Positions 24,718 to 37,634 of a stretch of DNA of 64,000 bases are shown piece by piece. The stretch's first letter is position 1, and each line of letters starts with the position of its first letter. The translations under genes were made by a program, and so were the position numbers. The stretch is from Mobula hypostoma. Lineage: Eukaryota. Below the pieces are notes generated by a model. That model saw only the letters and a program-made list of their open reading frames with translations. It did not search any database and had not been told where the DNA came from. The stretch spans positions 108,750,001 through 108,814,000 of the forward strand of contig NC_086107.1 of the NCBI RefSeq assembly GCF_963921235.1, written 5' to 3'.

Positions 24718-25247
24718 CACTCCGTGGCCACTTTATTAGGTACACCTGTTCACCTGCTCGTTAACGCAAATATCCTGTCAGCCAATCAGCTGGCAGCGAC
24801 TCAATGCACAAAAGCTTCAAGGATCAAGTGGTTCAGTTGCTGTACAGACCAAATATCAGTTGAAAAAGAAAAGTGACTTTGACCATGGAATAATTGTTGG
24901 TGTCAGACGGGGTAATTTGAGTATCTCAGAAACTGTGGATCTCCTCAGATGTTCGGTGTCTAGAACTTACAGAGAATGGTGTGAAAAATTTGAAAAAGAC
25001 ATCCAGTGAGCGACAGTTCTGTGGGCGAAAACACCTTGTTAATGAGAGAGGTCAGGGGAGAATGGGCAGACTGGGTCGAGCCGACAGGAAGGTGACAATA
25101 ATTCAAATAACCACATGGTGCGCAAGGGAACATCTCTGAATACATAACACGTCAAGCCTTGAAGTGGATGGGCTACAGAGCAGAAGACCATGAACATACA
25201 GAAATATACTCAGTGCAGGAGGTACCTAATAAAGTGGCCACTGTGTG
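24718..25247 (+). mobile_element. Non-autonomous Tc1 element (family A)
   Basis: TIR CACTCCGTGGCCACTTTATTAGGTAC ... GTACCTAATAAAGTGGCCACTGTGTG with a degenerate transposase N-terminus. Confidence 0.85.
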
Positions 25248-25939
25248 CATATCTTCCAATCCAGAAGAAAGTTTAACCTGAAATATTGACAGTCTGTGTC
25301 AGTCTATAGGTGCTGGCTGACACATTGAATTCCTCCAGCACCTTGATAGCTTCTGTGATCATTGCTCCCATTCTGTTGCATTAGCAGCTCTGGGTTACCA
25401 GTAATTTCACACTGAGCTGGTTGAGGTGGCCTCTTTGGCCGTAAACCAGTTCAAAGACCCTTAATCCATGCGCTGGGAAGCTTCCTCACAGATAGTAATG
25501 TCCCTATCAGTCACAACCCTGGCATCACACAATGCGATACCTGAGCCATTAGACAGTGCAATTCCTCAGCCATCTCTTGTTCAGTGGATCAGCCTGACTA
25601 AAAATTAATATTTTAAAAAATAGTCAATTAGTAACCATTAACTCAACAGGTCTAGAGAAGATAATGGAAACTGATGCTTTGTAATATTGTTGGAAGTTAA
25701 CCTCCATTTGACCCAGACACTTGGGTATTAATCACAGACTAAACCTTTCATACAGATAAATATTAGGGGCAGATTTCTCATTTCTTAATGACACTGTGTT
25801 CAGAGAGATTGTCCTTTTGAAAAAAAAGTAATATCTTTTCCTATTTTCCCCTACCAGCCGCTGTCAACATTCTGATCGACTTGCAGCGTGGGCGTCATTC
25901 TAAGCCACACCACAGAATCAATCTCCTCTCTCTTCAGAG

Positions 25940-25941
25940 CA

Positions 25942-25973
<32 letters not shown>

Positions 25974-26350
25974 CTGGAGGAACTCAGCAGGCCAGGCCGC
26001 ATCTATGGGAAAGAGTAAACAGTCGACGTTTCGGGCTGAAACCCTTCATCAGGACCAGAAAATGAGATGAGAAGTCAGTGTAGGAAGGTGGAGGGAGGGG
26101 AGGAGGAAGTACAAGGTGGTAGATGATAGGTGAAACCAGGAGAGGGGGCAGGGGTGAAATGAAGAGCTAGGAAGCTGATTGGTGAAAGAAATAAAGGGGT
26201 GGAAGAGGGGGAATCTGATAGGAGAGGACAGAAATCCAAGGAAGAAAGAGAAAGGGAAGGTGATGGGCAACTACGGAGATAAGGTGGGAGAGGGGAAGGG
26301 CAATTACCAGAAGTTCGGGAAATCGATGTTCATGCAATCAGGTCGGAGGC
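25940..26350 (-). mobile_element. Penelope-like element 3' fragment
   Basis: SLRPDCMNIDFPNFW* remnant plus pLTR and (CA)n. Confidence 0.8.
26021..26056 (-). ncRNA. Minimal type I hammerhead ribozyme motif (Penelope pLTR)
   Basis: GGUC-CUGAUGA-A-GGGU UUCA GCCC-GAAA-CGUC-GACU: conserved core, stem II, palindromic stem III and stem I. Confidence 0.7.
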
Positions 26351-26629
26351 TCCTCTCTCTTCATCCCTTTGCTCTACCAGGGATGTTCTCATGGCTACAG
26401 AGCGGTGCAAAGCACTCACAGCTGTCTGGCCACTTTCCAAATTCAGTGACTGGCATGGGTAGGCAATACCAGCACAGTAAGGGCCCCAGTGTGATCAGCC
26501 ACCCTGTAGCCTTGCGGGCCGGCACAGTGGTGTAACTTGTAGGGAGGGGGGACACCTCAGAGCCCCAGTGACCTCGGTTTGATCCTGGCCAGCACAGCCT
26601 TGTAGAACTTACATGTTTTCCTTGTGGTG

Positions 26630-27425
26630 CCCTTGAATGGAAAATCCTTGATAAAAAACAGTGGATTTGGCCCTGTACATCACAGGTAAAGTCCTCCCAA
26701 CCATTGAGTACATCTACATGAAACGCTGTCATAGGAAAGTAGCATCCATCATCAGAGATCTTCACCATCCAGGCCATGCATTTTTCTCACTACTGCCATC
26801 AGGTAGAACGTACAGGAGCAACATTCACAAAATTGCTGGAGGAACTCAGCAGGCCAGGCAGCATCTATGGAAAAGAGTAAACAGTTGATGTTTCGGGGTT
26901 TGAAGAAGGGTCTTAGCCTGAAACATTGACAGTCTCTTCCTTAGATGCTGCCTGGCCTGCTGAGTTCCTCCAGCAATTTGTGTGGGTTGCTTTAGATTTC
27001 CAGCGTCTGCAGATTTTCTCATCTTTGGGAACATACAGGAGTCTCAGAATTCACACCACCAGGTTCAAGAACAATTACTACCCCACTCTTGAACTAAAGT
27101 AGATATCTACACTCACTTATCCATCTATTGAGATGTTCCCAGAACTATTATCTCTTCTTCTTCTTCTTCTGACTTCTAATGGCAGTCGGCAATGATCTCA
27201 CTTTATTTCCTTATCTCATGTCCTCGTTATTTACTGCTATTTATTTACATTTGCATTTTGCACAGTTTGTTGTCTTCTGCGCTCTGGTTGATCTTTCACT
27301 GATCCTGTTATAGTTACTGTTCTATAGATTTCTGAGTATGCCCACAGGAAAGTGTATCTCAAGGTTATATATGGTGACATAAACGTACTTTGATAATAAA
27401 AATTTACATTAAACTTTCAACTTTT
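26630..27425 (+). mobile_element. Rex1/Babar LINE 3' end with nested fold-back Penelope element (about 26820-27030)
   Basis: DLAxYITGKVLPTIE...HHPGHAFFSLLPSGRTYRS; AAC(G/A)TACAGGAG repeated either side of the insert. Confidence 0.8.
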
Positions 27426-27769
27426 GAGGTTGTGTGGAGGACCCAAGTGCTCTGGTTTCTTCCGACGTCCTGAAGCCACGCAGTCTTGAGGGTTAAGTGA
27501 TCACTGTAAATTGCCTCTAGAGTCCAGATGACGGGTAAAACCTAGGGGGTGTGGAGTTGATAGAAATATGGGAAGAATAGGATTAATGCAAGCATATGTT
27601 TGATGGCCGGTATGGACTTGATGGGCCGAAGGCTACGGGTTAAAAGATCTAGAGTGAACAACCAGTGAGAAGGTGTTCCTTCATGTGGAGTAATCTAGAA
27701 CTTGGGATCACTGTTAAAAAATAAGTGTCAGCTATGAAACACACCTATTAGGGGTCGAGTTGTGTCATT

Positions 27770-28640
27770 AACAACAACATCTCATTCAATGTCAGCAAGA
27801 CCAAGGAACTGATTGTAGACCTCAGGAGGGAGAAACAAGAGGTCCATGAGACAGCCCTCATTGGAGGATCAGAGATGGTAAGGGTTAGCAACTGTAAATT
27901 CCTGAGTGTTGTTATTTCAGAAGACCTGTCCTGGACCCAGCACCTAAGAGCAATTGCAAAGAAAACGTGGCATTGCCACTACTTCCGTAGGAGTTTGCGG
28001 AGATTTGGAATGACATCTAAAACTTTGAAGAACTTCTATAGATATGTAGTAGAGAGTATATTGACTGGCTGCATCACAGCCTGGTATAGAATCACTAATG
28101 CCCTTGAATTGAAAATCTTACGAAAAAAAGGTAGTGGATTTGGCCCAGTACATCCTCCTAACCACTGAGCACATCTACATGAAATGCTGTTGTAGGAAAG
28201 TAGCATCCATCACCAGAGACCCTCACCACCCAGGCCATGCTCTTTTCTCACTGCTGCCGTCAGATAGAAGGTACAGGTACCTCAGGACTTGCACAACCAG
28301 GTTCAAGAACAGTTACTACCCCTCAACCATCAGGCTCTCGAAAAAAGGGGATAACTACACTCACTTGCCCATCCATTGAGATGTTCCCACAACCAATGAT
28401 CTCACTCTAAGGACTCTTTATTTTGTTATGTCATGTTCTCATGACTTATTGCTATTTATTTATTTCTGCATTTGCACAGTTTGTTGTCTTCTGCACTCTG
28501 GTTGATCTTTCATTAATCGTGTTACGGCTACAATTCTATAGATTTGCTGAGTATGACCATAGGAAAATAAATCTCAGGGTTGTATATGGTGACATGTATG
28601 TACTCTGATAATAAAATATACTTCATAATTTGAACTTTGA
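27770..28640 (+). mobile_element. Rex1/Babar LINE ORF2 3' portion
   Basis: KFLSVVISEDLSW...LRRFGMTSKTLKNFYRYVVESILTGCITAWY...PSTIRL with (TTGAAC)n tail. Confidence 0.9.
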
Positions 28641-28904
28641 ACTTGGAATTACCAATTAGCTTAAGATGGGCTTCTTGGTCAGCATGAACAAGATGGACGG
28701 AAAGGCCTGTGTCCGTGCTGTATTATTCAATGACTTTTGAAGCAACTTTATGCTTTCCCTTGGAGGTTGGTGAATCTTCGAAACTCAGTTCCTCAAAAAC
28801 CAGTAAGAGCTGAGTCTTTGAATGTCTTAAAGATGAGCCAGATAAGTACTTGATAAGCAAAGGGTGTGAAGGGTTACTGAGGGCTGTGGAGTTGAGATTA
28901 CATC

Positions 28905-29440
28905 CACTCAGTGGCCACTTTATTAGGTACACCTGTACACCTGCTCCTTTATACAAATATCTAATCAGCCAATCGTGAGGCAGCAACTCAATGCATAAAA
29001 GCATGCAGACATGGTCAAGAGGTTCAGTTGTTGTTCAGTCCAGACATTAGAATGGGGAAGAAATATGATCTAAGTGGCTTTGACTGTGGAATGATTGTTG
29101 GTACCAGACAGAGTGGTTTGAGTATCTCAGAAACTGCTGGTCTCCTGGATTTTCACACACAACAGTCTTTAGAGGTCTCCAGAGTTTACAAAGAGCAGTG
29201 AGAAAAACAAAACAAAAACATCTAGTAAGTGGCAGTTCTGTGGGCAAAATGCCTTGTTAATGAGAGAGGTCAGAGGAGAATGGCCAGACTGTTTCAAGCT
29301 GACAGGAAGGAGACACTGACTCTAATAACCATGTGTTACAACAGTGGTGTGCAGAAGAGCATCCCTATAGGCACAACATGTTGAACCTTGAGGTGGATGG
29401 GCTACAGCAGCAGAAGACCATGTACATGCGCTCAGTGTGT
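28905..29440 (+). mobile_element. Non-autonomous Tc1 element (family A)
   Basis: TIR CACTCAGTGGCCACTTTATTAGGTACACCT; RMGKKYDLSGFDCGMIVG..GLSISETA transposase HTH remnant. Confidence 0.85.
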
Positions 29441-30454
29441 GTAAATAATGACTCAGATTTGAGGATCTCCTAATATGGAAGGGCTAGAAGAATTCTTCTT
29501 GATATTCTAAGCCAATACTGCCTCTCAATCCACATGCTAACCACCATTCAAACACTGATCACATTGCGATTGAATAGCTCCTGAAATGCTGTGAGATATC
29601 CTGAGGCAACGTATTAATGTGCGTTTCCCCTTCTTTGAACCAACGCGTTTTGTAACTCACCACACCCCAGGGCCCGGATAATACCTGCTTCCCCATCAGC
29701 TGTACAGGGAAGCCTCAGTGATCCACGCTTGCGATTATCCACACGAATCTGCGTGGGTGGTGGAAATTATGTTTGCCTAAATCAGGAGGAATAAAATTGA
29801 GCATTTTTTAAATTAACGGTCTGCAGACTGCAGGCTCCTGAGACAGAAGTCATTATCTAAATGTGCAAGAGCTTGTTGAATTTGCAATCTTATGCTTAAC
29901 ATTGGCTCTGACGGATGAGTAAGTCTAAGGCTCTTTGCCTGCCAACTCTTCTTACTTTTAAAGCAAGTAATGACGTGGTCCTTAGCCACACGTGCTGGGA
30001 GACTGATTAAATTATTTAAATTGACTGAATCCAAGATCAGACGCAGAAGAACGGCAACTGGTGTTTATACAGCACCTATAATGAAGTAATATATCCCAGG
30101 AGAGACTGTCAAATGAGTTTTGATAACTGAATCACACAAGTCAGCTGTGGCTCAGTAGGAAGGATTCATTCCTTTTGGAGTGCCAGACTTGAGGGAGGTG
30201 CTATCCTTTTGGAAGAAGCCTCGACTGCTTTTAACAAGTGGCCTACTTTGCTCTCCCAGCTTATGGCTGTTCTTTGACGATTAATCTCTTCAGAACTGCA
30301 CAGTTTTATTTTCTTTAAATTGCTCACCCCTAATTGTCCTCAAACCGGCACGAAGAGTGCAGTGGCTGTGGGAAATTTGAATTAATAAAAGGCTGGAAAG
30401 ATTGTGTGGAGAGAGCATTTAATCTTGTGGAGGGATAAGGGGAATTTTATGGAT

Positions 30455-30790
30455 TACAGAGTCATAGAAGGGTACAGTACAGAAACAGGCCCTTCAGCCC
30501 ATCTAGTACATGCTGAACCATTTGAACTGTCTTCTCCCATTGAACTGCCCTCCATACCCCTACCATCCAAACTTCTCTTAAACATTGAAATTGTGCTGTC
30601 ATGCACCACTAACACCGACAGCTTGTTCCCCACACTCATGACCCTCTGAATGAAGAAGATTCCCCTCATATTCCCCTTTGCACTTTGTACCTTTCACCCT
30701 TAACCCATGACCTCTAGTTGTAGTCCCACATAATCTCAGTGGAAAATAAACTGATTGCATTTACCCTATCTATACCCCTCATAATTTTCT
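30455..30790 (-). mobile_element. CR1 LINE 3' end
   Basis: MRGIFFIQRVMSVGNKL...FKRSLD. Confidence 0.8.
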
Positions 30791-30946
30791 ATGCCTCGTC
30801 TAATCTCCTGTCAATCTTCGAGATTCCAAGGACTGACATCTGAGAGGAGAGAATGGAGTCAAGGTTTTGAGATGCCGATGCTTCCAAGACATCTTTTAGT
30901 AAAGCAGTGACTTGAGCAGAAGTTAATAAAAGCCAAATGCAGTGTT

Positions 30947-31517
30947 CACTTAGTGGCCTCTTTATTAGGTACACCTGTACACCAGCTGGTTAACACAAAT
31001 ATCTTATCAACCAATCAAATGGCAGCAACTCAATGCATAAAAGCACACAGACATGGTCAAGAGGTTCAGTTGTTGTTCAGACCATACACTAGAATGGGGA
31101 AGAAATGTGACCTAAGTGACTTTGGCCATGGAATGATTGTTGGTGCCAATTGAGATGGTTTAAGTATCTCAGAAACTGCTGATCTCCTGGAGTTTTCACG
31201 TGCAACGGTCCCTAGAGATTACAGAGAATGATGCAAAAATCAAAAAAAAAATCCACTGAGCAGTGTTTCTGTGGGTGAAACGGTCTTGTTAACGAGAGAG
31301 GTCAGAGGAGAATGGCCAGACTGGTTCAAGCTGACAGGAGGGTGACAGTAAGTCAGATAACCATACGTTACAACAGTGGTCTGCAGGAGAGAATCACTGA
31401 ATGCACAAAACATCAAACCTTGAACTGGATGGGTTACAGCAGCAGAAGATCACAAACATACACTGTGTGGCTACTTTATTACATATGGGAGGTATTTAAC
31501 ATAGTGGCCATTGAGTA
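30947..31517 (+). mobile_element. Non-autonomous Tc1 element (family A)
   Basis: RMGKKCDLSDFGHGMIVGA and MARLVQADRRVTVSQITIRYNSG...WMGYSSRR with TIRs at both ends. Confidence 0.88.
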
Positions 31518-31796
31518 TATCTTGAGACACGTTCGAATGGACGGAGAAAGGTTGGTATGAATATTTATGATACTTAAGTAGCTCCATAGATATCAATATA
31601 TAATAACATAAAACCATAAGGTATAGGAGCAGAATTAGGCCATTCAGCCCATCAAATCTGCTTTGCTATTCAGTCATGGGAGACTTTTTCTTTCCAAACT
31701 ACATTCTCGTGTCTTCTTCCCATAACCCTTAATCCTCTTTACCAATCAGGAACCAATCAATCTTTGCCTCAAGTCCATCCCAATGACTTGGCCCAA

Positions 31797-32010
31797 GCCG
31801 GCTGGTGGTGCGATGGCATCTGCGTCGGACTTCGAGGCAAGTGGTCCCGCGTTCGGATCCGGCCGTCTCCTTGCACGCTTTCCATCGGTGCTGTGTTGAG
31901 CGTTGGGTTAGGAACACAGCCTCATTAAAAAAACAGGGAAAAAAATTCCTATAGAAGCAGCTAGGTTGCCACCTGATACGCCACAAAGCCCAGAAAGGAT
32001 CAACAACAAC
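31797..32010 (+). mobile_element. tRNA-derived SINE sharing the S2 head but with a different tail, ending in (CAA)n
   Basis: CCGGCTGGTGGTGCGATGGCATC..GCACGCTTTCCATC shared with 13921; imperfect TSD ATGACTTGGC/ACGATTTGGC. Confidence 0.7.
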
Positions 32011-32202
32011 GACGATTTGGCTTCCACAACCGTCTGTGGCAAAAAATTCCACAGATTTATCGCCCTCTGGCTGAAGAAGTTCCTCCTCATCTCTGTCTTA
32101 AAGGGACATCCCTTTATCCTGAGTCTGTGCTCTCAGATTCGGGCCTCTTCCAGTAATCACGAGGAATTCTGCAGATGCTGGAAGTTCAAGCACGAAGTTC
32201 AA

Positions 32203-32240
32203 ATTCCTGACGAAGGGTCTCGGCCTGAAACGTCGACTGT
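32203..32240 (+). ncRNA. Minimal hammerhead ribozyme motif (Penelope pLTR), core intact but stem I truncated
   Basis: CUGACGA-A-GGGU CUCG GCCU-GAAA-CGUC-GACU. Confidence 0.55.
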
Positions 32241-33198
32241 ACCTCTTCCTAGAGATGCTGCCTGGCCTGCTGCGTTCACCAGCACCTTTGATGTGTTTTG
32301 CTCTTCTAATAATGGAAGCATTCTGTTCAGTATCTGAGAGGTTTTGGCGAGATATTCCTCTCCTTTAGATTTGGCTTCTTAATTTCTAATTTATTTTGAA
32401 TAACTGAATTTAAATTCCTCAGTTGCTGCGGTGGGATTTGAACCTACACCATCAGGTTACTACTTCAGTCACATGCTATCTGCCTCTATTCCACACAATC
32501 GAATATTCACCTGTCCCTCTGGTTTGGAGCTCACGCTCGCAGGCTACTTCACTGCTTTCATATAATTGTGGCACACTAGTAGATACTCCCTGTCACACTG
32601 AAAGCACAGCACAGAAGGAGATTGTTCAGCGCATGGAGTCGTGAACTCAGCCAGCTCCATCATGGGCACCAGCCTCCCCACCGTCCAGGGCATCTTCAAA
32701 AGGCGATGCTTCAAAAAGGTGGCATCCATCCTTAAGGTCCCCCATCCACCCAGTAGATGCCCGCTTCTCATTGCTACCAAAGGGAAGGAGGTACAGGAGC
32801 TGGACAGCACACATTCAACAGTTTAGGAACATTTCACAGCACACAATGCTATTAACCCTCTCAACTCCATTCTCCCGCTCTCCCCATAACCTTTGATGCC
32901 CTGACTAATCAAGAACCTATCAACCTCCGGTTTAAATATACCCAGTGACTTGGCCTTTACAGCCATCTGTGGCGATGAATTCCACAGATTCACCAGCCTC
33001 TGGCTAAAGAAATTCCTCCTCATTTCTGTCCTAAAGGTACATCCTAATACACCGAGGCTGTGCCTCTGGTCATGACTCATCCACTATAGGAAGCAATCTC
33101 TCCACATCCATTCTATCTAGGCCTTTCAATAGTCAATAGATATGTTCAATAGTTTGATATTTATGTGTTACCTCCCACATCCTAAGAATGTGCAGCTA

Positions 33199-33259
33199 CA
33201 GTACTGTGCAAAAGTCATCGACACATATTTATAGCCAGGGTGACTTTTGCACAGGACTG
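33199..33259. mobile_element. 61-bp Tc1/mariner-type mini-MITE
   Basis: TA|CAGTACTGTGCAAAAGTC ... GACTTTTGCACAGGACTG. Confidence 0.7.
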
Positions 33260-33734
33260 CACTAATTTTATGTACTGCTGCCATAAAAAAAGCAAATTTC
33301 AGGACATATGTGAGTGATGATAAACCTGATTCTGATCTGGGTCTCTATTGTGGACTGAGAGTGGGAAGGGGGCAGGGAGAGGGGAATCATGGTTGGGAAA
33401 GGGGAGGGAGTGGAAAGCACCAGAGAGACATTCTGTAATGATCAATAAACCAGTTGTTTGGAATCAAATGACCTTGCCTGGTGTCTCAGGGCTGGGTGTG
33501 TCTGCACCCGTACCACGCCCCTTCCCTGTGCCCCTGGCACCACTTCTCTGCCTCCTGTGCTGCTCCCTCCCGCGGTGCTCCACCCTCGCCATTCCCTACG
33601 TCCTTTGCTCTCGCCGGATTTACAAACTTCCTCCCTGCTCCACATTGACAAATATGGTACAAAGTTTTGATGCCAGTCATATTAAGCCTAATACTGATTC
33701 TGAAGTTAGTCCTAATGCCCCACAACACAGAAAA

Positions 33735-35475
33735 TGATATGATATTGGCTTCACTGACTGCAAAGCCATAAACTCAAAAGAAGATTTTAAGCCCTATCGG
33801 ATATTGCTCTCTACATGTACCCTCACTATAGGGAATTTATACTGTAACCACCTACTCTTCAAGGACAAACTTATTTCACTGCCTAGTGTCTGCTGCAAGG
33901 TTTACCTGCTAATCCTCACTATTTGAGATACTTCCAAATGACAAGGTAGTTTAAAAACAGCGTATTTTATTTTTAATGATATCCATTTAAATTTAGACAA
34001 ATAGTTCTACCACACATTTAAAACTCAGAGAAGTTTTCTGATTTATGAACGATTTCCAAATTGCAAAAGATTTACAGACTGCGAAGGATTTCCAAACACA
34101 GGTACAATTCTTACAGACTAAAATAACATTGCAAATAGTTGCAGATGAACAAATCATCTGGCACAGAATCTGAAGGTTGAGGAATGAATTCCAGTTCTTC
34201 GTTCTGTCACCCCATCTTTCCGCCATTCTCCTTGTCATTCCAAACAATCTCCAATGTTTTATAATATTTATTCTGTTTTGGTACTAGTTGGCATTGCCTG
34301 CATGTGATGCTTTCCATATACAGTGGCATGCAAAAATTTGGGCACCCCTGGTCAAAATTTCTGTTACTGTGAATAGCTAAGTGAGTAAAAGATGAACTGA
34401 TTTCCAAAAGAAGCCGAAGATGAAAAGAGGATGGCTTCTACAACAGGATAATGAGCCTAAACACGCCTCAAAATCCACAATGGACTACCTCAAGAGACGC
34501 AAGCTGAAGGTTTTGCCATGGCCCTCACTGTCCCCTGACCTAAACACCATCGAGAATCTGTGGATAGACCTCAAAAGAGTAGTGCATGCAAGACGCCCCA
34601 AGAATCTCACAGAACTAAAAGCCTTTTGCAAGGAAGAATGGGTGAAAATCCCCCAAACAAGAATTGAAAGACTCTTGGCTGGCTACAGAAAGTGTTTACA
34701 AGCTGTGATACTTGCCAAAGGGGGTGTTACTAAGTACTGCCATGCAGGGTGCCCAAACTTTTGCCTCGGGCCCTTTTCCCTTTTTGTTCATTTGAAACTG
34801 TAAAAGATGGAAATAAAAAAGCTTTCTTGCCTAAAATATTAAAGAAATGTGTCATCTTTGACTTTATGCCTTTTGGAAATCAATTAGTCTTTTACACACT
34901 TAGCTATTCATAGTAACAGAAATTTTGACCGGGGTGCCCAAACTTTTGCATGCCACTGTATCTTTGCTGGGACAAAGTATTTCACACAGATGGTCTAAAA
35001 ACTTCTGATGAAAGAGATCACAGATAACCACAATTAATACTGTGAGATCTGACTCTGAGTACACAAATATCCCAACCATTAATTGATCTTACCTGTGACC
35101 ATGTTTGATGTGCTAAGTGACATAACCCCATTTTCTTGCATTTGGCTAATGCAGACAAGACATCTCATAGTCACTTCACTTTGCAAACCACATCTCTTAG
35201 TGCCCAGCACCAACACCACCAACACCACCTCCCCCTCACTCCAGCAGCCTGTTTGCAAAGCTGTGCTTTCAACTGCAAATTATTTATTGCTTGCAATTTA
35301 CATTAAGAACTGAAGGCTGGTTCTCGTTTACAACAAGCAGCTGAGAAAGGAATATTTGTAACAAGCCGAGCTCCATCAGAAACAACTTTGGCCCTTTGGA
35401 AAGCCATGCTGCTATGCTAGAAAGCTGAGGTTGGCAATAAGCCTCTCGGGCTCTGGAAATTGGATATCCACCACA
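33735..35475 (-). mobile_element. Old LTR-like repeat of about 1.1 kb (family L2), interrupted by Tc1
   Basis: Colinear inverted homology to 53347-54985; starts TGTGGTGGATAT and ends ...ATATCA. Confidence 0.65.
34321..34958 (+). mobile_element. Internally deleted Tc1 (DD34E, IR/DR-type) transposon
   Basis: Inverted termini of about 90 bp (CAGTGGCATGCAAAA...), TA TSD; ORF 34420-34803 QQDNEPKH...WPSLSPDLNTIENLW...AVILAKGGVTKY; inner direct repeat GGGTGCCCAAACTTTTGC at about 34747. Confidence 0.95.
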
Positions 35476-37019
35476 AAATTAGGAGAGGAGGTATGGACAA
35501 AAAGAATTGTTTCCCCATAGCAGAGGGAAAAACTAGAAGGCATTGTTTTAAGCTAAGAGTTAGATTAGAAAGAATCTCCTGAAGCTTTTCCTCCTGAAGT
35601 GGCTGGTGGTAGCAAAGAATCTCACAACATTTAAGAAGTTCCTGCACGAGCAGTTGGATCGCCAAGGCAAAGAAGGCATTGTAGTGAAGTAGTTGGCGCA
35701 ATGCTTTGCAACCCCAGTAACCCCAGTTCAATTCCCTCTGCTGTCTGTAAAGGGTTTGTACGTTCTCCCCGTGACCAGGTGGGTTTCCCCCGCGTGCTCT
35801 GGTTTCCTCCCACACTCCAGAGGCATGCGGGTTAATAAGTTCAAAGTTCAAAGTACATGTATCATCGAAGTATGTATGCATTATACAACTTTGTGATTCA
35901 TCTCCTTACAGGTAGCCACAACAACAAGAAACCTGAAAGAATCCATTACAAAAAAAATGACAACCACCCAACGTGCACAGAGAGAGGGGAAAAAAATCAT
36001 CCAAACAATAAAAGTAAGCAAACAGCGTTTTGAATGAAGGTGAACCCTCGGACACAGCGCCTGAAGCAGCCGGAACAGGAACAGGCTCATAGCCTCAGCC
36101 TCAACACAGCGAAGAGAGGAGGAAACGTCGTGGAGCAGTGAGGAGAACTGGCATGACCCCCATCACCGGTCCCGACGCCCTGCCATTTTATTCCATCTAG
36201 CCCAGTGTTTAAATCTCCCATACATCAGTTTGTTCTTTGCTCTAAGGCCCGGGCCCTGCTGTATCGATACGCTCTGGGTAATTGGTCACATGGGTGTAAT
36301 TGGGCAGTGTGGGGGCCATTGGGCTGGAAGGACCTGTTTCTGTGCTGTATCTCTAAATAAAATAAAATAAAAATGGGTTAGAACAAAAGAGACGTCGTAG
36401 TCATCATGGATGTGTTGGCCTGAAGGTCCTGTTTCTGTGCTGTGCGAATCGAATAAAGTCCTTTTAAGCACCTACTAAATCCCCTCTCACATGTCATTCA
36501 TGCCTCTCTTACAGGCAGTTAGTTCCAAATGATCTCAACATAAAATTAGTCTTCCTTAAATTTGTTCGGAATTTTTTCATCCATTGCATTAAATCTGTGC
36601 CCCTTGGGCCTCGAAACATCCATTTATGGGAAAAGTTTCCCCTCTTTGCCGTACCTGCGGGATCCTTTATGGAGTAATTCTCCTGAACGAGCAGCTGGGG
36701 AAGAGCTATCATTTAAGACATCTTTTATTGAAGGCAGCAGCTCTCAGATAACAGCGAAATCTCACACAAGAAGTTATAGTACAGGGTGTACTCAGTTCTT
36801 AAAGGGACATACTGCACAGTTTACACACTTCCCTCTGCTCCGTTGAAGACAGGGGTTGGTAGCTTTTTATAGACAAAGAAAACCAAGCATTCAAAACGTA
36901 AGAAAGACAAGCAGGAATAAAAGATCTGGTCATTCAAGCCGGTTCCACCATTTATGAACATCATGCTTCTTACTCCATTTCAGCCCCATCTCAACATTGG
37001 ACATAATTGACAATACGAC

Positions 37020-37632
37020 AATTGACAATTGGATACGAATTGACAATAAACTGGACTGGTCAAAGAACACTGAGGCTGTCTACAGGAAGGGTCAGAGCCA
37101 TCTCTATTACCTCAGGAGACTGAGGTCCTTTAACATCTGCTAGACGATGCTGAGGATGTTCTACGAGTTTGTGGTGGCCAGTGCGATCATGTTTGCTGTT
37201 GTGTGCTGGGGCAGCAGGCTGAGGGTGGCAGACACCAACGGAATCAACAAACTCATTCGTAAGGCCAGTGATGTTGTGGGGATGGAACTGGACTCTCTGA
37301 CGGTGGTGTCTGAAAAGAGGATGCTGTCCAAGTTGCATGCCATCTTGGACAATGTCTCCCATCCACTACATAATGTACTGGTTGGGCACAGGAGTACATT
37401 CAGCCAGAGACTCATTCCACCGAGATGCAACACAGAGCATCATAGGAAGTCATTCCTGCCTGTGGCCATCAAACTTTACAACTCCTCCCTTGGAGGGTCA
37501 GACACCCTGAGCCAATAGGCTGGTCCTGGACTTATTTCCTGGCATAATTTACATATTACTATTTAATTATTTATGGTGCAACTGTAATGAAAACCAGTTT
37601 CCCTTGGGATTAATAAAGTATGACTATGACTA
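37020..37632 (+). mobile_element. Rex1 LINE 3' end
   Basis: MLRMFYEFVVASAIMFAVVCWG...SHPLH...KSFLPVAIKLYN with (ATGACT)n tail. Confidence 0.9.
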
Positions 37633-37634
37633 TA

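Noticed and set aside
34420..34803. Functional Tc1 transposase gene
   Set aside because: The DNA-binding domain and first catalytic Asp are deleted; the left IR is fused directly to the C-terminal third.
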